DNA from: an uncultured Clostridia bacterium
GTDB lineage: Bacteria; Bacillota; Clostridia; UBA1381; CAJOGA01
Length of the DNA stretch: 58,858 nucleotides
NCBI GenBank assembly: GCA_905233855.1
Contig: CAJOGA010000013.1
Span: 1-58,858, forward strand
Direction of reading: 5' to 3'
The position numbers and the translations under genes are program-made. Of this stretch, positions 57,248-58,858 are shown piece after piece (within the stretch, counting starts at the first letter, position 1; each line of letters starts with the position of its first letter). A model generated the notes under the pieces. It saw nothing but the letters and a program-made list of their open reading frames with translations. It was not told the origin of the DNA and did not search any database.

Positions 57248-58858
57248 ATGAACAAAGTAACAGAAATGTTTGGAAGCAAGGTTTTTAACAGTGCTACCAT
57301 GAAAGAGCGTCTGCCGAAGGAAGCGTACAAAGCTGTACAGAACGCTATCAAAAACGGCAAAAGGCTCGATTCAAGCGTGGCGGACGTTGTCGCAAATTCA
57401 ATGAAAGACTGGGCAATAGAAAACGGTGCAACACATTACACTCACTGGTTTCAACCTATGACAGGAGTTACAGCTGAAAAACACGACAGTTTTATTTCTC
57501 CTACAGAAGACGGTAACATAATAATGGAATTCAAAGGCAAAGAGTTGGTTCACGGCGAGCCTGACGCATCAAGCTTCCCTTCGGGAGGACTTCGTGCAAC
57601 GTTTGAAGCAAGAGGATATACCGCATGGGATCCTACTTCATTTGCTTTTATTAAGGGTAATACATTATGTATTCCGACAGCTTTCTGTTCTTACGGCGGA
57701 GAAGCACTCGATAAAAAAACTCCTTTGTTAAGATCAATGGAAGCGATAAATAAACAGGCATTAAGAGTTTTAAAGCTTTTCGGAAGCAATGCAACCTCAG
57801 TTAAAACAACTGTCGGTCCCGAACAGGAATATTTTCTTATAGACCGCGACATGTTTGACAAAAGACCGGATCTTTTATTCACAGGCAGAACGCTTTTCGG
57901 TGCAAAGCCACCTAAAGGACAAGAGCTTGACGACCATTATTTCGGCACAATAAAATCAAGAGTTTCCGCATTTATGACAGAATTAAACGAAGAACTTTGG
58001 AAGCTTGGAATACTTGCAAAAACCGAACATAATGAAGTTGCTCCCGCACAACATGAGCTTGCACCTATATTTGCCACAACAAATATAGCAACAGACCATA
58101 ACCAGCTTACAATGGAGCTTATGCAAAGAATTGCCAAAAAACATAATATGGTTTGTCTGCTGCATGAAAAGCCTTTCGCAGGGGTAAACGGCAGCGGTAA
58201 ACACAACAACTGGTCCATTTCCACCGATGACGGCGCAAATCTTTTGGAGCCGGGTGAAACGCCTCATGAAAACGCTCAATTCTTATTGTTCCTGTGTGCG
58301 GTAATAAAAGCCGTTGACGATTATCAGGATTTGCTCCGTATATCCGTTGCATCGGCAGGAAACGACCACAGGCTCGGTGCAAATGAAGCTCCTCCGGCTG
58401 TCGTTTCGATGTTCCTCGGAGATGAGCTTACCGAAATACTTGAATCAATAGCAAACGATTCGTCTTACGACACAAAAGAAAGGGTACAAATGAAGATAGG
58501 CGTCCACGTTTTGCCAAGATTCCCTAAAGACACAACCGACAGAAACAGGACAAGTCCTTTCGCATTTACAGGCAATAAATTTGAATTCAGAATGTTAGGC
58601 TCAGCCGCATCCGTTTCAGGTGCTAATATTGCTTTAAACACAGCGGTTGCAGAAAGTCTCAAACAATTTGCCGATGAATTGGAAGGCAAAGATGACTTTA
58701 ATAACGCACTCCATGAGCTTATAAAGAGAGTTATAAAAGACCATAAGAAAATTATATTCAACGGCAACGGCTATGATGATGCATGGATAGCAGAGGCTGA
58801 AAAAAGAGGTCTGCTGAACCTTAAAACCACTCCGGATTGCTTACCGTATTATATTTCC
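57248..58858 (+). CDS. glnN: type III glutamine synthetase, 3'-truncated by the window end
   Basis: [37 protein letters not shown]...[29 protein letters not shown] is typical of the GSIII N-terminus. The frame stays open to position 58858. It is absent from the ORF track because no stop codon lies in the window. Confidence 0.85.
   Translation, partial: MNKVTEMFGSKVFNSATMKERLPKEAYKAVQNAIKNGKRLDSSVADVVANSMKDWAIENGATHYTHWFQPMTGVTAEKHDSFISPTEDGNIIMEFKGKELVHGEPDASSFPSGGLRATFEARGYTAWDPTSFAFIKGNTLCIPTAFCSYGGEALDKKTPLLRSMEAINKQALRVLKLFGSNATSVKTTVGPEQEYFLIDRDMFDKRPDLLFTGRTLFGAKPPKGQELDDHYFGTIKSRVSAFMTELNEELWKLGILAKTEHNEVAPAQHELAPIFATTNIATDHNQLTMELMQRIAKKHNMVCLLHEKPFAGVNGSGKHNNWSISTDDGANLLEPGETPHENAQFLLFLCAVIKAVDDYQDLLRISVASAGNDHRLGANEAPPAVVSMFLGDELTEILESIANDSSYDTKERVQMKIGVHVLPRFPKDTTDRNRTSPFAFTGNKFEFRMLGSAASVSGANIALNTAVAESLKQFADELEGKDDFNNALHELIKRVIKDHKKIIFNGNGYDDAWIAEAEKRGLLNLKTTPDCLPYYIS

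Noticed and set aside
57103-58767. Minus-strand ORFs of 63 to 100 aa at the right end of the window.
   Set aside because: The plus strand carries an uninterrupted GSIII (glnN) frame from 57248 to the window end with clear family motifs. The ORF track omits it only because it has no stop codon in the window.

Overview
The window looks like a chromosomal segment from a moderately AT-rich, spore-forming Firmicute of the class Clostridia. I base the taxon only on gene content, namely spoIVA, spoVT, spoVB, ylbJ, yqfC-yqfD, CotF-type coat genes and SLH-domain wall proteins. Most of the window is conserved housekeeping synteny: prfA; ffs-dnaX-ybaB-recR; ppdK; glnS-gltX; pta-ackA; ftsE-ftsX-M23-ctp; and yqfC-yqfD-phoH-ybeY-dgkA-era. 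I found one tRNA (Pro-CGG), one SRP RNA, one c-di-GMP-I riboswitch and two T-box leaders. I saw no rRNA and no CRISPR array. These items deserve a second look: (1) An HTH plus RAYT-type (IS200/Y1-like) transposase operon sits behind five tandem GTAG-hairpin REP-like units. (2) A Tyr-type T-box controls an unusual TIM-barrel/acyl-AMP-ligase fusion gene whose reading frame is broken. (3) An ~85-nt structured module occurs twice, after ppdK and after a GGDEF gene. The ppdK copy lies inside a 261-nt duplication of the ppdK terminator hairpin. (4) An array of stem-variable hairpins lies immediately 3' of tRNA-Pro, followed by a GC-rich, apparently exported DHH/DHHA2 gene and a membrane HD-GYP gene. 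(5) A c-di-GMP riboswitch lies in front of a small exported protein, behind a duplicated promoter module. (6) There is a glnA / ANTAR regulator / leader terminator / glnN arrangement. All calls come from reading the sequence and translations by eye. No database search or covariance model was run.
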